DNA of 36,571 bases from Candidatus Doudnabacteria bacterium RIFCSPHIGHO2_02_FULL_42_25 (GCA_001777665.1 MFEQ01000006.1:90309-126879); one strand, 5' to 3'. Counted from the stretch's first letter, positions 19,249-28,276 are shown. Notes: generated by a model from the sequence alone, not told the origin. Program-made: numbers and translations.

Positions 19249-20007
19249 TTAGGTCAGGATCTCAAATCCATCCTCCGTGACCAATATTGTGTGTTCTCTA
19301 TGTGCAGACCAACCGCCATCTTCAGTGACTATAGTCCAATTATCAGGTGCAAAATTGATTTTCCATCCATTTTCATTCACCATGGGCTCTATCGCCAAGA
19401 CCATTCCTTGAACTAATTTAGTCCCGGTGCCCTTTTTCCCGAAACAAGGAACTTCTGGTTCTTCATGTACAGCTTTTCCTACGCCGTGACCGACTAATTC
19501 TCGTACAACTTGAAAATTATATTTCTTAGTAGTTGATTCTATGGCAAATCCTATGTCTCCAGTGAATTTCCCGGGTTTAACTTCGGATAATCCGGCTTCC
19601 AAGCTTCTTTCAGCTGCTTCTATAAGCTTTAATTTCTTCTCTGAAACGTTACCAACTGGGACTGTAATCGCGGAGTCTGTATATAATCCCTGGTAAATTA
19701 CTCCGAGATCTAAACCAACAATGTCCCCGTCTTGTAAAATTTTATCTTTCCCTGGAACACCATGGACAACTTCATTATTTCGACTAACACACAGACTCGC
19801 AGGGAAAGCGGGATCGCCCACCTGCGATCGATAATTCTTAAAAGAGGGTTTACCGCCCATTTTAATTATTTCTGTTTCCGCCAACTCATCTAACTCTGCT
19901 GCTGAAACTCCAGGCTTAACCTTACTTGCGACCATGTTTAAAACAGTGGCAAGAATTTTGCCACCTTGGCGGAGAATTTTAATTTCGTTTGGATCTTTGG
20001 TAATCAT
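19249..20007 (-). CDS. map: Type I methionine aminopeptidase
   Basis: VVHGVP, DLG, TDSAIT, GHGVG, HEEP, AIEPM, SAHREHT. Confidence 0.96.
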   Translation of the reverse strand: MITKDPNEIKILRQGGKILATVLNMVASKVKPGVSAAELDELAETEIIKMGGKPSFKNYRSQVGDPAFPASLCVSRNNEVVHGVPGKDKILQDGDIVGLDLGVIYQGLYTDSAITVPVGNVSEKKLKLIEAAERSLEAGLSEVKPGKFTGDIGFAIESTTKKYNFQVVRELVGHGVGKAVHEEPEVPCFGKKGTGTKLVQGMVLAIEPMVNENGWKINFAPDNWTIVTEDGGWSAHREHTILVTEDGFEILT

Positions 20008-20071
20008 ATGGTCTTTAATATTTTATATGTATTTCCATGCCTTAGCAACCCTAGATAAGGCCGTTCCTTTT

Positions 20072-20100
20072 TTGACACTCTTGTCAAGGCTCGATATAAT
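20072..20100 (+). promoter_or_regulatory. Consensus sigma70 promoter, probably giving a leaderless transcript
   Basis: TTGACA(20072)-N17-TATAAT(20095); ATG 6 nt after the -10; TTGACA-CTCT-TGTCAA inverted repeat over the -35. Confidence 0.8.
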
Positions 20101-20106
20101 TTATAT

Positions 20107-20346
20107 ATGACTGATTTAACTAAAGAATACCTCGACAAAAGCCTAAAAAACCTGCCGACAAAACAGGAAGTTGATACTATTGTCAACACCGCTGTTGATA
20201 GTGCTGTAGAAAATCTAGCGAAAGTAATAAACGATGGCTTCCAAGCACAACAGGATTTCTTAATTGAAAAATTGGACGTTTCGGAACGGGTGGCCCAACT
20301 AGAGAACGACATGACCAAGATTAAAGAAGCTCTGCATATAAAATAG
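20107..20346 (+). CDS. Small coiled-coil hypothetical protein
   Basis: 79 aa, heptad-like C-terminus (VSERVAQLENDMTKIKEAL); has its own promoter and terminator. Confidence 0.75.
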   Translation: MTDLTKEYLDKSLKNLPTKQEVDTIVNTAVDSAVENLAKVINDGFQAQQDFLIEKLDVSERVAQLENDMTKIKEALHIK

Positions 20347-20353
20347 CCATACG

Positions 20354-20380
20354 AAAGCAGCCTTAATGGGCTGTTTTTTT
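20354..20380 (+). terminator. Rho-independent terminator
   Basis: AAAGCAGCC-TTAATG-GGCTGTTTTTTT. Confidence 0.6.
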
Positions 20381-20944
20381 GTAATCACTTATAGCTTTCT
20401 GAATATCTTTAGAAACATTAGGAATGGTTTGATCACCATTAATCATTCTTAACTTTTTAAGTGATCGGAAATACTTTACTGTTTTACTAACTTGATTCTT
20501 CGTATAATCAATTCGATTCCAAACACCCTGATCTTCAGATTGGAGACGGGCCCGAGCTTTAGTCCTCGCTAAAATTTCTTTGGTCGGAATTTGTATATAG
20601 ATCACAAAAAAATCCCGTCTTTTTTGCTTAAATAATTTAACGAGCAATTGAGCTTCTGGTTTCAGCCTGGGATTGCCGATAAATATTAAATCTTTGTTCT
20701 TAGGTGCATTAGATAGATTTGAAATCAAAAATTTTTTCATCAACACTACTGGTGTTGGGTGGCCCAAAGACATTGTTCGACGCAGCCAAGCGCCATCCGC
20801 ATTCTTTTTCTTGGCCATCGCTCGCCAATGCTTGCCCGATTCAACTGCTTTTAAAGAGTACTTTTTCTTTAAAATTTCCGCGTGCGTATCTTTCCCAGCC
20901 GTCGGATCGCCTAATAAAATCAAATCAAATCCGAGTTTTTTCAT
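20363..20944 (-). CDS. Divergent adenylate-kinase-like protein
   Basis: LILLGDPTAGKDT P-loop variant, GNPR, INGDQTI. Confidence 0.8.
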   Translation of the reverse strand: MKKLGFDLILLGDPTAGKDTHAEILKKKYSLKAVESGKHWRAMAKKKNADGAWLRRTMSLGHPTPVVLMKKFLISNLSNAPKNKDLIFIGNPRLKPEAQLLVKLFKQKRRDFFVIYIQIPTKEILARTKARARLQSEDQGVWNRIDYTKNQVSKTVKYFRSLKKLRMINGDQTIPNVSKDIQKAISDYKKTAH

Positions 20945-20964
20945 AACAATTCCTCCGCAGCTGT

Positions 20965-21051
20965 CCCCCTCCCTGGAAGGGAGGGGTTAGGGGAGGGTCG
21001 GAGAGCTAACCCTCATGACTCCTCCCCCAGCCCCTCCTCAAAGAGGAGGGG
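20965..21051. repeat. C/G-run REP-like doublet between the adk paralogues
   Basis: CCCCTCCCTGGAAGGGAGGGG-TTAGGGGAGG...CCTCCCCCAG-CCCCTCCTCAAAGAGGAGGGG. Confidence 0.7.
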
Positions 21052-21059
21052 TGAAACTG

Positions 21060-21632
21060 CTACTTAATTTTCTCCAAAATTTCTTGCTGGACTGCTTCTA
21101 TTGGTTGATCGCCATTGATGTGAACTAATAAGCCTTTCCTTTCGTAATAATCCTTCACAGGGGCAGTTTTAGTCATATATTCGTCAAATCGTGTTGTCAT
21201 TGCATTAATGTCATCATCCGCCCGTTTTTCTAGTTCTGATCGCAACAAAAGTCGTTTTACTAATTTCTCTCTATCAGCATCTAGAAATACTGCTAGAATA
21301 TTTTGAATATTATATTTTTTCATGAGTTCCTCTAAAAGCTGTACTTGCTCAATGGTTCGAGGGTAACCATCAAGTATGACTCCAGATGCATTCAAAATAC
21401 TTTCAAATTTTTTAATAAAAATCTGCCGTATAATTTCAATCGGAAGAATAATTCCCTGATCAATAATTGATTTAATTTTTTGGCCAAGTTCCGAATCTTG
21501 CTTGGCATATTCCCGAGACAATTCTCCAGTGCTAAAAAACTCGTAGCCTAATTTACTACTAAGGAGTTTGGTTTGAGTGCCTTTACCACTACCAGGCGCT
21601 CCCATAAACACAATAATTTTCTGTAGTCCCAT
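21060..21632 (-). CDS. adk: Adenylate kinase (short-LID type)
   Basis: GAPGSGKGTQ, STGELSR, LDGYPRT, RADDD, INGDQPIE; TATAAT lies 6 nt before the ATG (leaderless-like). Confidence 0.92.
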   Translation of the reverse strand: MGLQKIIVFMGAPGSGKGTQTKLLSSKLGYEFFSTGELSREYAKQDSELGQKIKSIIDQGIILPIEIIRQIFIKKFESILNASGVILDGYPRTIEQVQLLEELMKKYNIQNILAVFLDADREKLVKRLLLRSELEKRADDDINAMTTRFDEYMTKTAPVKDYYERKGLLVHINGDQPIEAVQQEILEKIK

Positions 21633-21658
21633 GATGATATTATAGCGAAAATTGGTGC

Positions 21659-21696
21659 AAAAAAAAAGCCGAGGGCAGGACGCTGTGATCCCCGGC
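21659..21696 (-). terminator. Rho-independent terminator of the inserted gene
   Basis: Minus strand GCCGGGGA...CCCTCGGC followed by T9. Confidence 0.65.
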
Positions 21697-21701
21697 AGGA
21701 A

Positions 21702-22004
21702 TTACGAAGCCTTTAAAAGCGCACTGGGCCGAAAGTCCCTGAAGGGTAATTTGACCCCGTGTTGTGTAACGAAATTCATAAAGCGCTTGTAGTCTCCAGG
21801 AGGCATGTTCAAAATCTCGACTACGCGCTTGTAGCACCCTCCGGTTTCTCGCAGCGCGATGGACACCAGCTCTCGCATCTGACCCCTGGTCATGTCTCGG
21901 TTCATGTACGTCGGATAGGCCGTCGTCCAGAAGCTCTTCTTTCCTTCTGTGATCTCCGAAAACACATCTTGCGCGACCTTTTCATCGTCTGAACGGTCAC
22001 TCAT
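21702..22004 (-). CDS. Hypothetical protein resembling a stand-alone Fis-type HTH of sigma54-activator C-termini
   Basis: Start at MSDRS with SD AAGGGGGA; SFW...YMNRDMTRGQMRELVSIALRETGGCYKRVVEILNMPPGDYKRFMNF. Confidence 0.65.
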   Translation of the reverse strand: MSDRSDDEKVAQDVFSEITEGKKSFWTTAYPTYMNRDMTRGQMRELVSIALRETGGCYKRVVEILNMPPGDYKRFMNFVTQHGVKLPFRDFRPSALLKAS

Positions 22005-22056
22005 ATGGTCCCCCTTGTAAGAACTATAGACTAACATAATTAAGAAAGTTAGCAAA

Positions 22057-22091
22057 GCAAAAAAAAGAGCTCGCCTTTCGGAGAGCTCTTT
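22057..22091 (-). terminator. Terminator after secY
   Basis: AAAGAGCTC...GAGCTCTTT stem followed by a T-run on the minus strand. Confidence 0.75.
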
Positions 22092-22104
22092 ATAAAATAT
22101 AAAT

Positions 22105-23400
22105 TTAAAAATCCTCGTAGTCGCGCATGACCATTTGGGCTTGGACTTGCTTCATCACTTCGATAACGACTGATACCGCAATCAACAAACTAGTGCCGCC
22201 CAAAGTAAGCGCTTGTGTATGCGTAAATCCTTGTATGATGTTTGGTAACACGGCTATCAGTCCCAAAAATAGAGCTCCGACTAGAGTGATTCGATTCAAA
22301 ACTTTATACAAAAAGTCTGCAGTCTGGCGACCAGGACGAAGGCCAGGGACGAATCCACCCTGTTTCTGGATATTGTCAGAAATTTCATCAGGATTGAAAA
22401 CAATTGCTGTGTAGAAATAAGTGAAAGCTACGACCAATATGAAATAAATAATCGCTTGATAAGTTTGATTCTGGAAAAAGTTGTTGATCGCAGTGGCGGC
22501 GTTGGCTACGGCTTCAGTTTTTGCATGAGAAAAGAAATTCGCTATCAATCCAGGAAACAATAGAATCGAGATTGCAAAAATGATTGGAATAACACCGGCT
22601 TGGTTCACCCGCAATGGCAGATGAGTATTGACTCCGCCATACATTTTATTACCACGAACACGCTTCGCATATGAAACTGGGATATTCCGCTGCGCTTCGG
22701 TAATTAATACAACTCCGCCTATGACGACCAAAGCTACAGCCAAATATGATATCAGAGTAACCAAGTTCTGCCCGGTAATCGTATTACCAGATGAAGTCAA
22801 ACTGACGTAGGCTTGCTGAGCTGCGGTTGGCAACCCTGCCACGATACCAGCAAAAATGATTAAAGAGATACCGTTCCCGATTTTAAACTCGGAAATCATT
22901 TCACCTATCCAGAGCAAAATCATGGTTCCAGCAGTGATTGAGAGTAAAATAATAAACCATTCAAATGAGGTAAAATCCCCAATACCTACTTGGGTGCTTC
23001 GGCTTAATAATACGATTGTGCCGTAGCCTTGGATTGCTGTTAATGGCACGGTCAGATAGCGCATATACTGGTTGATTTTTGCTCGCCCAGCCTCTCCGCC
23101 TTCTTTCTGTAATTCTCCGAGCTTCGGAATAATTACGGTCAAAAGCTGCATAATAATCGAAGCGGTGATGTATGGCCCGACTCCCAGCATAACAATGGAA
23201 AAATTACGCAATCCACCGCCTGAAAAAATATCAAACAATCCCAATAAAGTATTTTCACTAAGCAGTGATCGCAAATTTGCTAATTCAATTCCTGGGATAG
23301 GGATGTGGGCTAAAATTCGAGTGACCAAAAGCAAAAGCCCCACGATAATAATTTTATTCCGCAGCTCTTTGACCTTCCAAATTTGGGAAATACGAGACAT
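22105..23400 (-). CDS. secY: Preprotein translocase SecY
   Basis: LGVGPYITASIIMQLL, IGNGISLIIFAGI, AGVIPIIFA, PGLRPG, GGTSLLIAV. Confidence 0.98.
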   Translation of the reverse strand: MSRISQIWKVKELRNKIIIVGLLLLVTRILAHIPIPGIELANLRSLLSENTLLGLFDIFSGGGLRNFSIVMLGVGPYITASIIMQLLTVIIPKLGELQKEGGEAGRAKINQYMRYLTVPLTAIQGYGTIVLLSRSTQVGIGDFTSFEWFIILLSITAGTMILLWIGEMISEFKIGNGISLIIFAGIVAGLPTAAQQAYVSLTSSGNTITGQNLVTLISYLAVALVVIGGVVLITEAQRNIPVSYAKRVRGNKMYGGVNTHLPLRVNQAGVIPIIFAISILLFPGLIANFFSHAKTEAVANAATAINNFFQNQTYQAIIYFILVVAFTYFYTAIVFNPDEISDNIQKQGGFVPGLRPGRQTADFLYKVLNRITLVGALFLGLIAVLPNIIQGFTHTQALTLGGTSLLIAVSVVIEVMKQVQAQMVMRDYEDF

Positions 23401-23405
23401 AATTT

Positions 23406-23846
23406 TTATGAAATCTTGCCGCCAGCTTTTTCTATTTTTTCTCGAGCAGCACCAGAAACGATTACCTTTTCCAAAGTCAACGCTTTTTTAATCTCGCCGA
23501 CCCCCAAAATTTTAATTTCTTCGCTAGCGGACTTAACCAATCCTTTATTCTTTAGAATTTTTGGATTGACAGTTTCGCCAGAGTTAAATTTATTATTTAA
23601 ATCATCCAGACTCAAAACAGTGGCCTTGATATGAATGCTTTTGAATCCTCGTTGCTTCGGGATCTGTCGTTGCAGTGGCATTCGTCCACCTTCGAATCCA
23701 GCGGGAATATTTCCACCCGATCGTGCTTTTTGACCCTTCGCGCCTCGTCCGGAAAAAGTTCCATGCCCAGATCCAACACCGCGTCCGACTACTTTTCGGC
23801 GTTTTGTTGCTCCTTTATATGGTTTTAACTCATTTAATTTGAGCAT
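23406..23846 (-). CDS. rplO: 50S ribosomal protein L15
   Basis: GRGVGSGHG, GQKARSG, GFEGGRMPL. Confidence 0.97.
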   Translation of the reverse strand: MLKLNELKPYKGATKRRKVVGRGVGSGHGTFSGRGAKGQKARSGGNIPAGFEGGRMPLQRQIPKQRGFKSIHIKATVLSLDDLNNKFNSGETVNPKILKNKGLVKSASEEIKILGVGEIKKALTLEKVIVSGAAREKIEKAGGKIS

Positions 23847-24327
23847 ATTCTTCCTTTGATCGAAGTTTATTCAAAGCTAGATAAGTGGCCATAACATTAT
23901 TAACTTTATTGCTGGAGCCAATCATTTTAGACAAAACATTCTTAATACCCACTAAATCAAGTACTGATCGGATAGCTCCACCAGCAATCACTCCGGTTCC
24001 AGGCATAGCTGGTTTCAAAAAGACAACTGCAGACTTATATTTTAGCTTAATTTCGTGAGGAATGGTATCGTTGACGATTTTCACAGTTATCATATTCTTT
24101 TTGGCACTGTTCACAGCCTTATTTACGGCTTCTGAAACGTCAGGACCCTTGCGAATACCCATGCCAACTCTACCTTTACGATCACCAATTACTACCAAAG
24201 CCCGAAAACGCATACGCTTACCACCACCGGTCACACGCGTAACACGCTTGATTTCTACAATCTTTTGATCGAATTCTCGTTTGGCCTGATCCCCACCACC
24301 CCGACCGCCTCTACGCTGTTGTTTCAT
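23830..24327 (-). CDS. rpsE: 30S ribosomal protein S5
   Basis: RVTRVTGGGKRMRFRALVVIGD, GTGVIAGG. Confidence 0.97.
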   Translation of the reverse strand: MKQQRRGGRGGGDQAKREFDQKIVEIKRVTRVTGGGKRMRFRALVVIGDRKGRVGMGIRKGPDVSEAVNKAVNSAKKNMITVKIVNDTIPHEIKLKYKSAVVFLKPAMPGTGVIAGGAIRSVLDLVGIKNVLSKMIGSSNKVNNVMATYLALNKLRSKEEYAQIK

Positions 24328-24331
24328 AATA

Positions 24332-24673
24332 TTAGAACTCCAATCCCGCAGCTCTGGCTGCTTCTGCTAATTCTTTGACACGTCCATGATATTGATATCC
24401 ACCGCGATCAAACTGAACTTTCTTAAATCCAGCTTCCACCGCTTTTTTGGCCAATAATTTTCCAACTTCAGCAGCGATTGTCGTCTTGTTACCCTTGGCT
24501 TTAACTTCTTTACTGGAAGCAGCGGCCAATGTTTTTCCTTCTTCATCATTAATCAGCTGAACATAGATATGGTTCAGGGATCGGAAAACATTTAATCTCG
24601 GGCGGTCCATGGTACCAACAACTTTCGCTCGAACTCTGTTATGTCGCAATTTTCGTTGTGCTCTTTTATTCAT
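24332..24673 (-). CDS. rplR: 50S ribosomal protein L18
   Basis: [21 protein letters not shown]. Confidence 0.97.
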   Translation of the reverse strand: MNKRAQRKLRHNRVRAKVVGTMDRPRLNVFRSLNHIYVQLINDEEGKTLAAASSKEVKAKGNKTTIAAEVGKLLAKKAVEAGFKKVQFDRGGYQYHGRVKELAEAARAAGLEF

Positions 24674-24676
24674 AGT

Positions 24677-24760
24677 TTTACTAAATACTAATTGTTACTA
24701 ATTTACTAATCGGTAAAGCTTTAGCTATTCGTATATTCGTACCGATTCGTACTTCGTAAA
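24677..24760. repeat. Modular inverted repeat copy 2 (TACTAA x4 / TTCGTA x4)
   Basis: Fills the rplF-rplR spacer; 77/84 identical to copy 4. Confidence 0.9.
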
Positions 24761-24761
24761 G

Positions 24762-25316
24762 TTATTTCCCGCCACCTACGGCTTTAACGACTTTACCAGC
24801 TTTGCGTCGGATAACTTCACCTTGGTATTTAATTCCTTTGCCTTTGTATGGTTCAGGTTCACGCTTTGATCGGATCACCGCCGCAAATTGGCCTACTGAT
24901 TGGCGATCGATTCCGGAAATTGTGATCGTGTTCTTTTCAACTTTCGCTTCCAACCCTGCAGGAATTTCTAATTCAACTGGATGAGAATATCCTAATTGCA
25001 ACACTAATTTCTTGCCCTGTAATTCTACTTTATAACCGACGCCATTGATTTCGAGAACTTTACTGAAACCTGTGCTGACTCCAGCAACCATGTTGTTAAT
25101 CAATGCCCGGTATAATCCCCACAACGCTCGTTGTTGCTTATTCTCTTCATTGGAAACTTTAACCACAACTTCATTTTCACCTTTTTCTATCTGAACTTTT
25201 GGATGCAAATTCAAAGTCAGCTCACCTTTTGGCCCTTTAACTTTTAGGACTTCAGAGGTTAGATCAACATTGACACCCGATGGAATTGTAACTGGTTTTT
25301 TACCGATTCTTGACAT
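24762..25316 (-). CDS. rplF: 50S ribosomal protein L6
   Basis: MSRIGKKPV, LGYSHPV, PEPYKGKGI. Confidence 0.98.
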   Translation of the reverse strand: MSRIGKKPVTIPSGVNVDLTSEVLKVKGPKGELTLNLHPKVQIEKGENEVVVKVSNEENKQQRALWGLYRALINNMVAGVSTGFSKVLEINGVGYKVELQGKKLVLQLGYSHPVELEIPAGLEAKVEKNTITISGIDRQSVGQFAAVIRSKREPEPYKGKGIKYQGEVIRRKAGKVVKAVGGGK

Positions 25317-25320
25317 AGTT

Positions 25321-25719
25321 TTACCAAATTTGACAAACGACTTCTCCGCCGACTTTTTGCTTGCGGGCTTCTTTGTCTGTCATTAATCCTTTCGAAGTCG
25401 AAATAATCGTGGTCCCGAGGCCTCCCAAAGATTTCGGAATCTGGGTGCGGTTACTGTAAATTCTCTGTCCTGGTTTACTGACTCTCTTGATGCCTGTAAT
25501 CGTGGGTTGACCCTTAGTATCGTATTTCAAAATCAAAGACAATGTTTTAAAGCCATCCACTTCTTTTACATCCACTTGAGCCAGCCAGCCTTCACCTTGC
25601 AAAACTTTCGCCAGATTGTGCTTAAATTTGGAGTAAGGCAAAACCACTTCTGGCTTCTGTGCCATAAGTCCGTTGCGGATGCGGGTTAACATATCGGAAA
25701 TTGTGTCAGACATTGTCAT
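25321..25719 (-). CDS. rpsH: 30S ribosomal protein S8
   Basis: DMLTRIRN, RVSKPGQRIY, STSKGLMT. Confidence 0.97.
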   Translation of the reverse strand: MTMSDTISDMLTRIRNGLMAQKPEVVLPYSKFKHNLAKVLQGEGWLAQVDVKEVDGFKTLSLILKYDTKGQPTITGIKRVSKPGQRIYSNRTQIPKSLGGLGTTIISTSKGLMTDKEARKQKVGGEVVCQIW

Positions 25720-25723
25720 ATAT

Positions 25724-25918
25724 TTACCAGGACGCTTTCGATACTCCAGGGATTTCTCCGTTGGAGGCTAATTCTCTAAAACAAATTCTGCAAATATCAA
25801 AATCTCTCATATATCCATGTTTGCGACCACAACGCCAACAACGCCTGACTATTCGAGTCGAATACTTCGCTTGGGTCCGTGATCTATGGGATTTTATGTA
25901 TTGCGCCTTCGTTGACAT
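25724..25918 (-). CDS. rpsN: 30S ribosomal protein S14, zinc-binding (type Z)
   Basis: RCWRCGR...CRICFRE...PGVSKASW. Confidence 0.96.
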   Translation of the reverse strand: MSTKAQYIKSHRSRTQAKYSTRIVRRCWRCGRKHGYMRDFDICRICFRELASNGEIPGVSKASW

Positions 25919-25921
25919 AGA

Positions 25922-26461
25922 TTATTCTTTCTGGAACGGGAAACCTAATGATTTTAATAACTCGAGAGCTTGCTTGTCGTCATCTGTAGAAGTCTGAATA
26001 TTTACTTCCAGACCGAATGAGTAGTCAACGTGCTCGCGGATGGTTTCTGGAAATACAATCTGTTCTTTTATCCCAACATTGTAATTACCGTGACGGTCAA
26101 ATTTTTTAGGATCCAGTCCTCGGAAGTCTCGAACACGAGGGAGAGCTACTCGAACTAGCTTTTCTAAGAAATCATACATCCGGTTTCCTCGCAGTGTCAC
26201 CATAACTCCCACCACTTGTCCTTCGCGGATCTTAAATCCTGCAATCGATTTCTTGGCAATAGTTTTAACAGGTGCTTGCCCGGTGATGCGTCGAATGTCT
26301 TCAATAATTGCATCCAGCATTTTCGCATCTTTCAGAGTTTTTCCCACTCCAACATTAACTACGACTTTCTGAATTTTAGGCACAGCCATAGAATTCTTCA
26401 AATTGAACTGTTGCTTGAGTGCAGGTGCTGATTTTTCTTTGTAGATAGTTTTCAGTTGCAT
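25922..26461 (-). CDS. rplE: 50S ribosomal protein L5
   Basis: KSIAGFKIREG, VTLRG, LPRVRDFRG. Confidence 0.98.
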   Translation of the reverse strand: MQLKTIYKEKSAPALKQQFNLKNSMAVPKIQKVVVNVGVGKTLKDAKMLDAIIEDIRRITGQAPVKTIAKKSIAGFKIREGQVVGVMVTLRGNRMYDFLEKLVRVALPRVRDFRGLDPKKFDRHGNYNVGIKEQIVFPETIREHVDYSFGLEVNIQTSTDDDKQALELLKSLGFPFQKE

Positions 26462-26465
26462 ATGA

Positions 26466-26780
26466 TTACATTACCTTTCCGCATTTCTTACACTTGCGCA
26501 AATTACCATTCTCTGTGACTTCATGAGCGACTCTGGTTGGTTTACCACAATTCGGACAGAGCAAAATTACATTCGAGACATTCATCGGAGACGGAAGTTC
26601 CAGTCGTTGACCTTTTTCACCTTTTCGCTTCGCTTTCGAAAATCTAACATGAACATTCAATCCTTCGATGGATAATCGGGCGTTTTTTGGAAACACTTCC
26701 AAAACTTTTCCGGACTTTCCTTTTTCTTTTCCGGATAGAACTTTGACTGTATCGCCTTTTTTAATGTTTAATGAAGCCAT
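26466..26780 (-). CDS. rplX: 50S ribosomal protein L24
   Basis: IKKGDTVKVLSGKEKGK; C-terminal CPNC...CKKC. Confidence 0.96.
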   Translation of the reverse strand: MASLNIKKGDTVKVLSGKEKGKSGKVLEVFPKNARLSIEGLNVHVRFSKAKRKGEKGQRLELPSPMNVSNVILLCPNCGKPTRVAHEVTENGNLRKCKKCGKVM

Positions 26781-26801
26781 ATGCTTTAGTTAATTAAACT
26801 T

Positions 26802-26883
26802 TCTACGAAATTACGAATTTTTACGAAAGTACGAACTGAACCGAGTTCTTTCGTATTTTCGTAACTTTTTCGTAGTTCGTAGA
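26802..26883. repeat. Modular inverted repeat copy 3
   Basis: TCTACGAA..x4 loop TTCGTA..x4 GA, starting immediately after the rplN stop. Confidence 0.88.
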
Positions 26884-27255
26884 TCATACTACTTCCTCTG
26901 CTAAAGATATAATCTTGGTAAACCCCAAGTCGCGAAGTTCACGGGGCATCGGACCAAAAATACGGGTGCCTCTTGGGTCTTGGCTGTCTTTAGTTACCAA
27001 TACTGCGGCATTATCATCAAATCGAATATATGAACCATCGGCTCTGCGGACTTCTTTGCGCGTACGGACGATAACTGCATAAACTTTATCACCTTTTTTG
27101 ACTTGGCCTTTCGGGCTGGCAATCTTCACTGAAGCGGAGATGACATCGCCCAATCTGGCCCAGCGTCGTTTGTTCTTTCCATTCACAGAAAAAGCTGCGA
27201 TCTCTTTCGCACCGGTATTGTCAGCAACTATTAATCTGGTACGTAATTGAATCAT
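26884..27255 (-). CDS. rplN: 50S ribosomal protein L14
   Basis: [25 protein letters not shown]. Confidence 0.98.
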   Translation of the reverse strand: MIQLRTRLIVADNTGAKEIAAFSVNGKNKRRWARLGDVISASVKIASPKGQVKKGDKVYAVIVRTRKEVRRADGSYIRFDDNAAVLVTKDSQDPRGTRIFGPMPRELRDLGFTKIISLAEEVV

Positions 27256-27256
27256 A

Positions 27257-27520
27257 TTAGACTACTCTCCAGTTAACTGTTTTACTGTAAGGTTTAACTT
27301 CTTCGATCGTAACTTTCTGGCCAACTGTATATACTTTAGCATCGCCATCGGTGTGAGCTGCATATTTTTTAAACACCTTGTAGCGCTTGTGATATTTCGG
27401 ATGGACTTTTACTGATTCAACTTTAACAACGATGGTTTGAGTCATCTTGTTTGAAGTTACAAATCCTGTAAGTTGTCGCTTTACCCCGTTAGATTTTACA
27501 GTGTTATTATCGTTTGTCAT
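27257..27520 (-). CDS. rpsQ: 30S ribosomal protein S17
   Basis: [28 protein letters not shown]. Confidence 0.95.
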   Translation of the reverse strand: MTNDNNTVKSNGVKRQLTGFVTSNKMTQTIVVKVESVKVHPKYHKRYKVFKKYAAHTDGDAKVYTVGQKVTIEEVKPYSKTVNWRVV

Positions 27521-27524
27521 AAAA

Positions 27525-27572
27525 TTTACTTTCCCGCGTTGATTTTTATAAAAATCTAACGGGGTTTACTTT
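27525..27572. repeat. 32-bp REP-like hairpin flanked by an 8-bp direct repeat
   Basis: TTTACTTT-[CCCGCGTTGATTTTTATAAAAATCTAACGGGG]-TTTACTTT. Confidence 0.7.
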
Positions 27573-27579
27573 ATCCATA

Positions 27580-27765
27580 TTATTTCTTCTTACCGATAAA
27601 TGTTAAAATTCTTGCTATATCTTGTCTGATGTTCTTCAGCATGTGATTATTTTTCACTTCCCGTGAATGAATCTTGAATGTCAGATCGCGAACTTGTTCA
27701 CGCAATACACCCAGTTGTCTGGTCAATTCGTTCGGTGTCATGTTTTCTAATTCTTTCATCTTCAT
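27580..27765 (-). CDS. rpmC: 50S ribosomal protein L29
   Basis: ELENMTPNEL...KNIRQDIARILT; operon position. Confidence 0.93.
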   Translation of the reverse strand: MKMKELENMTPNELTRQLGVLREQVRDLTFKIHSREVKNNHMLKNIRQDIARILTFIGKKK

Positions 27766-27769
27766 AAAC

Positions 27770-27853
27770 TTTACTAATTACTAATTATTACTAATTTACT
27801 AATCGTTAAAGCATTGGCTATTCGTATATTCGTACTGATTCGTATTTCGTAAA
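27770..27853. repeat. Modular inverted repeat copy 4 (TACTAA x4 / TTCGTA x4)
   Basis: Fills the rplP-rpmC spacer. Confidence 0.9.
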
Positions 27854-28267
27854 TCACTTCTGCTCCTTTGTCACGAATCGAGTTTTGACCGGCAACTTGT
27901 GAGATGCCAACCGCATAGCTTCTTCAGCCTGAACCGGGGTTACGCCATCCATTTCAAATAAAATTCGTCCTTTTTGAACTACAGCAACAAAGTGATCTAC
28001 AGCACCTTTTCCAGCTCCCATCGGTGATTCATTACCATGAGCAGTAATTGGTTTATCCGGGAAAATTCGAATCCAAATTTTACCACCACGTTGGATGTAT
28101 CGAGTCATAGCGCGCCTAGCTGCTTCGATCTGACGCGAAGTCACCCAGCTGTTTTCCAGCGATTTCAGTCCAAAGCTGCCGAAGGCGACAAAATTTCCAG
28201 ACATGGCCTTGCCTTTAGATGATCCGCGATGATGCTTTCGATGTTTAACTTTCTTTGGAATAAGCAT
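27854..28267 (-). CDS. rplP: 50S ribosomal protein L16
   Basis: [25 protein letters not shown]. Confidence 0.98.
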   Translation of the reverse strand: MLIPKKVKHRKHHRGSSKGKAMSGNFVAFGSFGLKSLENSWVTSRQIEAARRAMTRYIQRGGKIWIRIFPDKPITAHGNESPMGAGKGAVDHFVAVVQKGRILFEMDGVTPVQAEEAMRLASHKLPVKTRFVTKEQK

Positions 28268-28276
28268 AAATAATCC

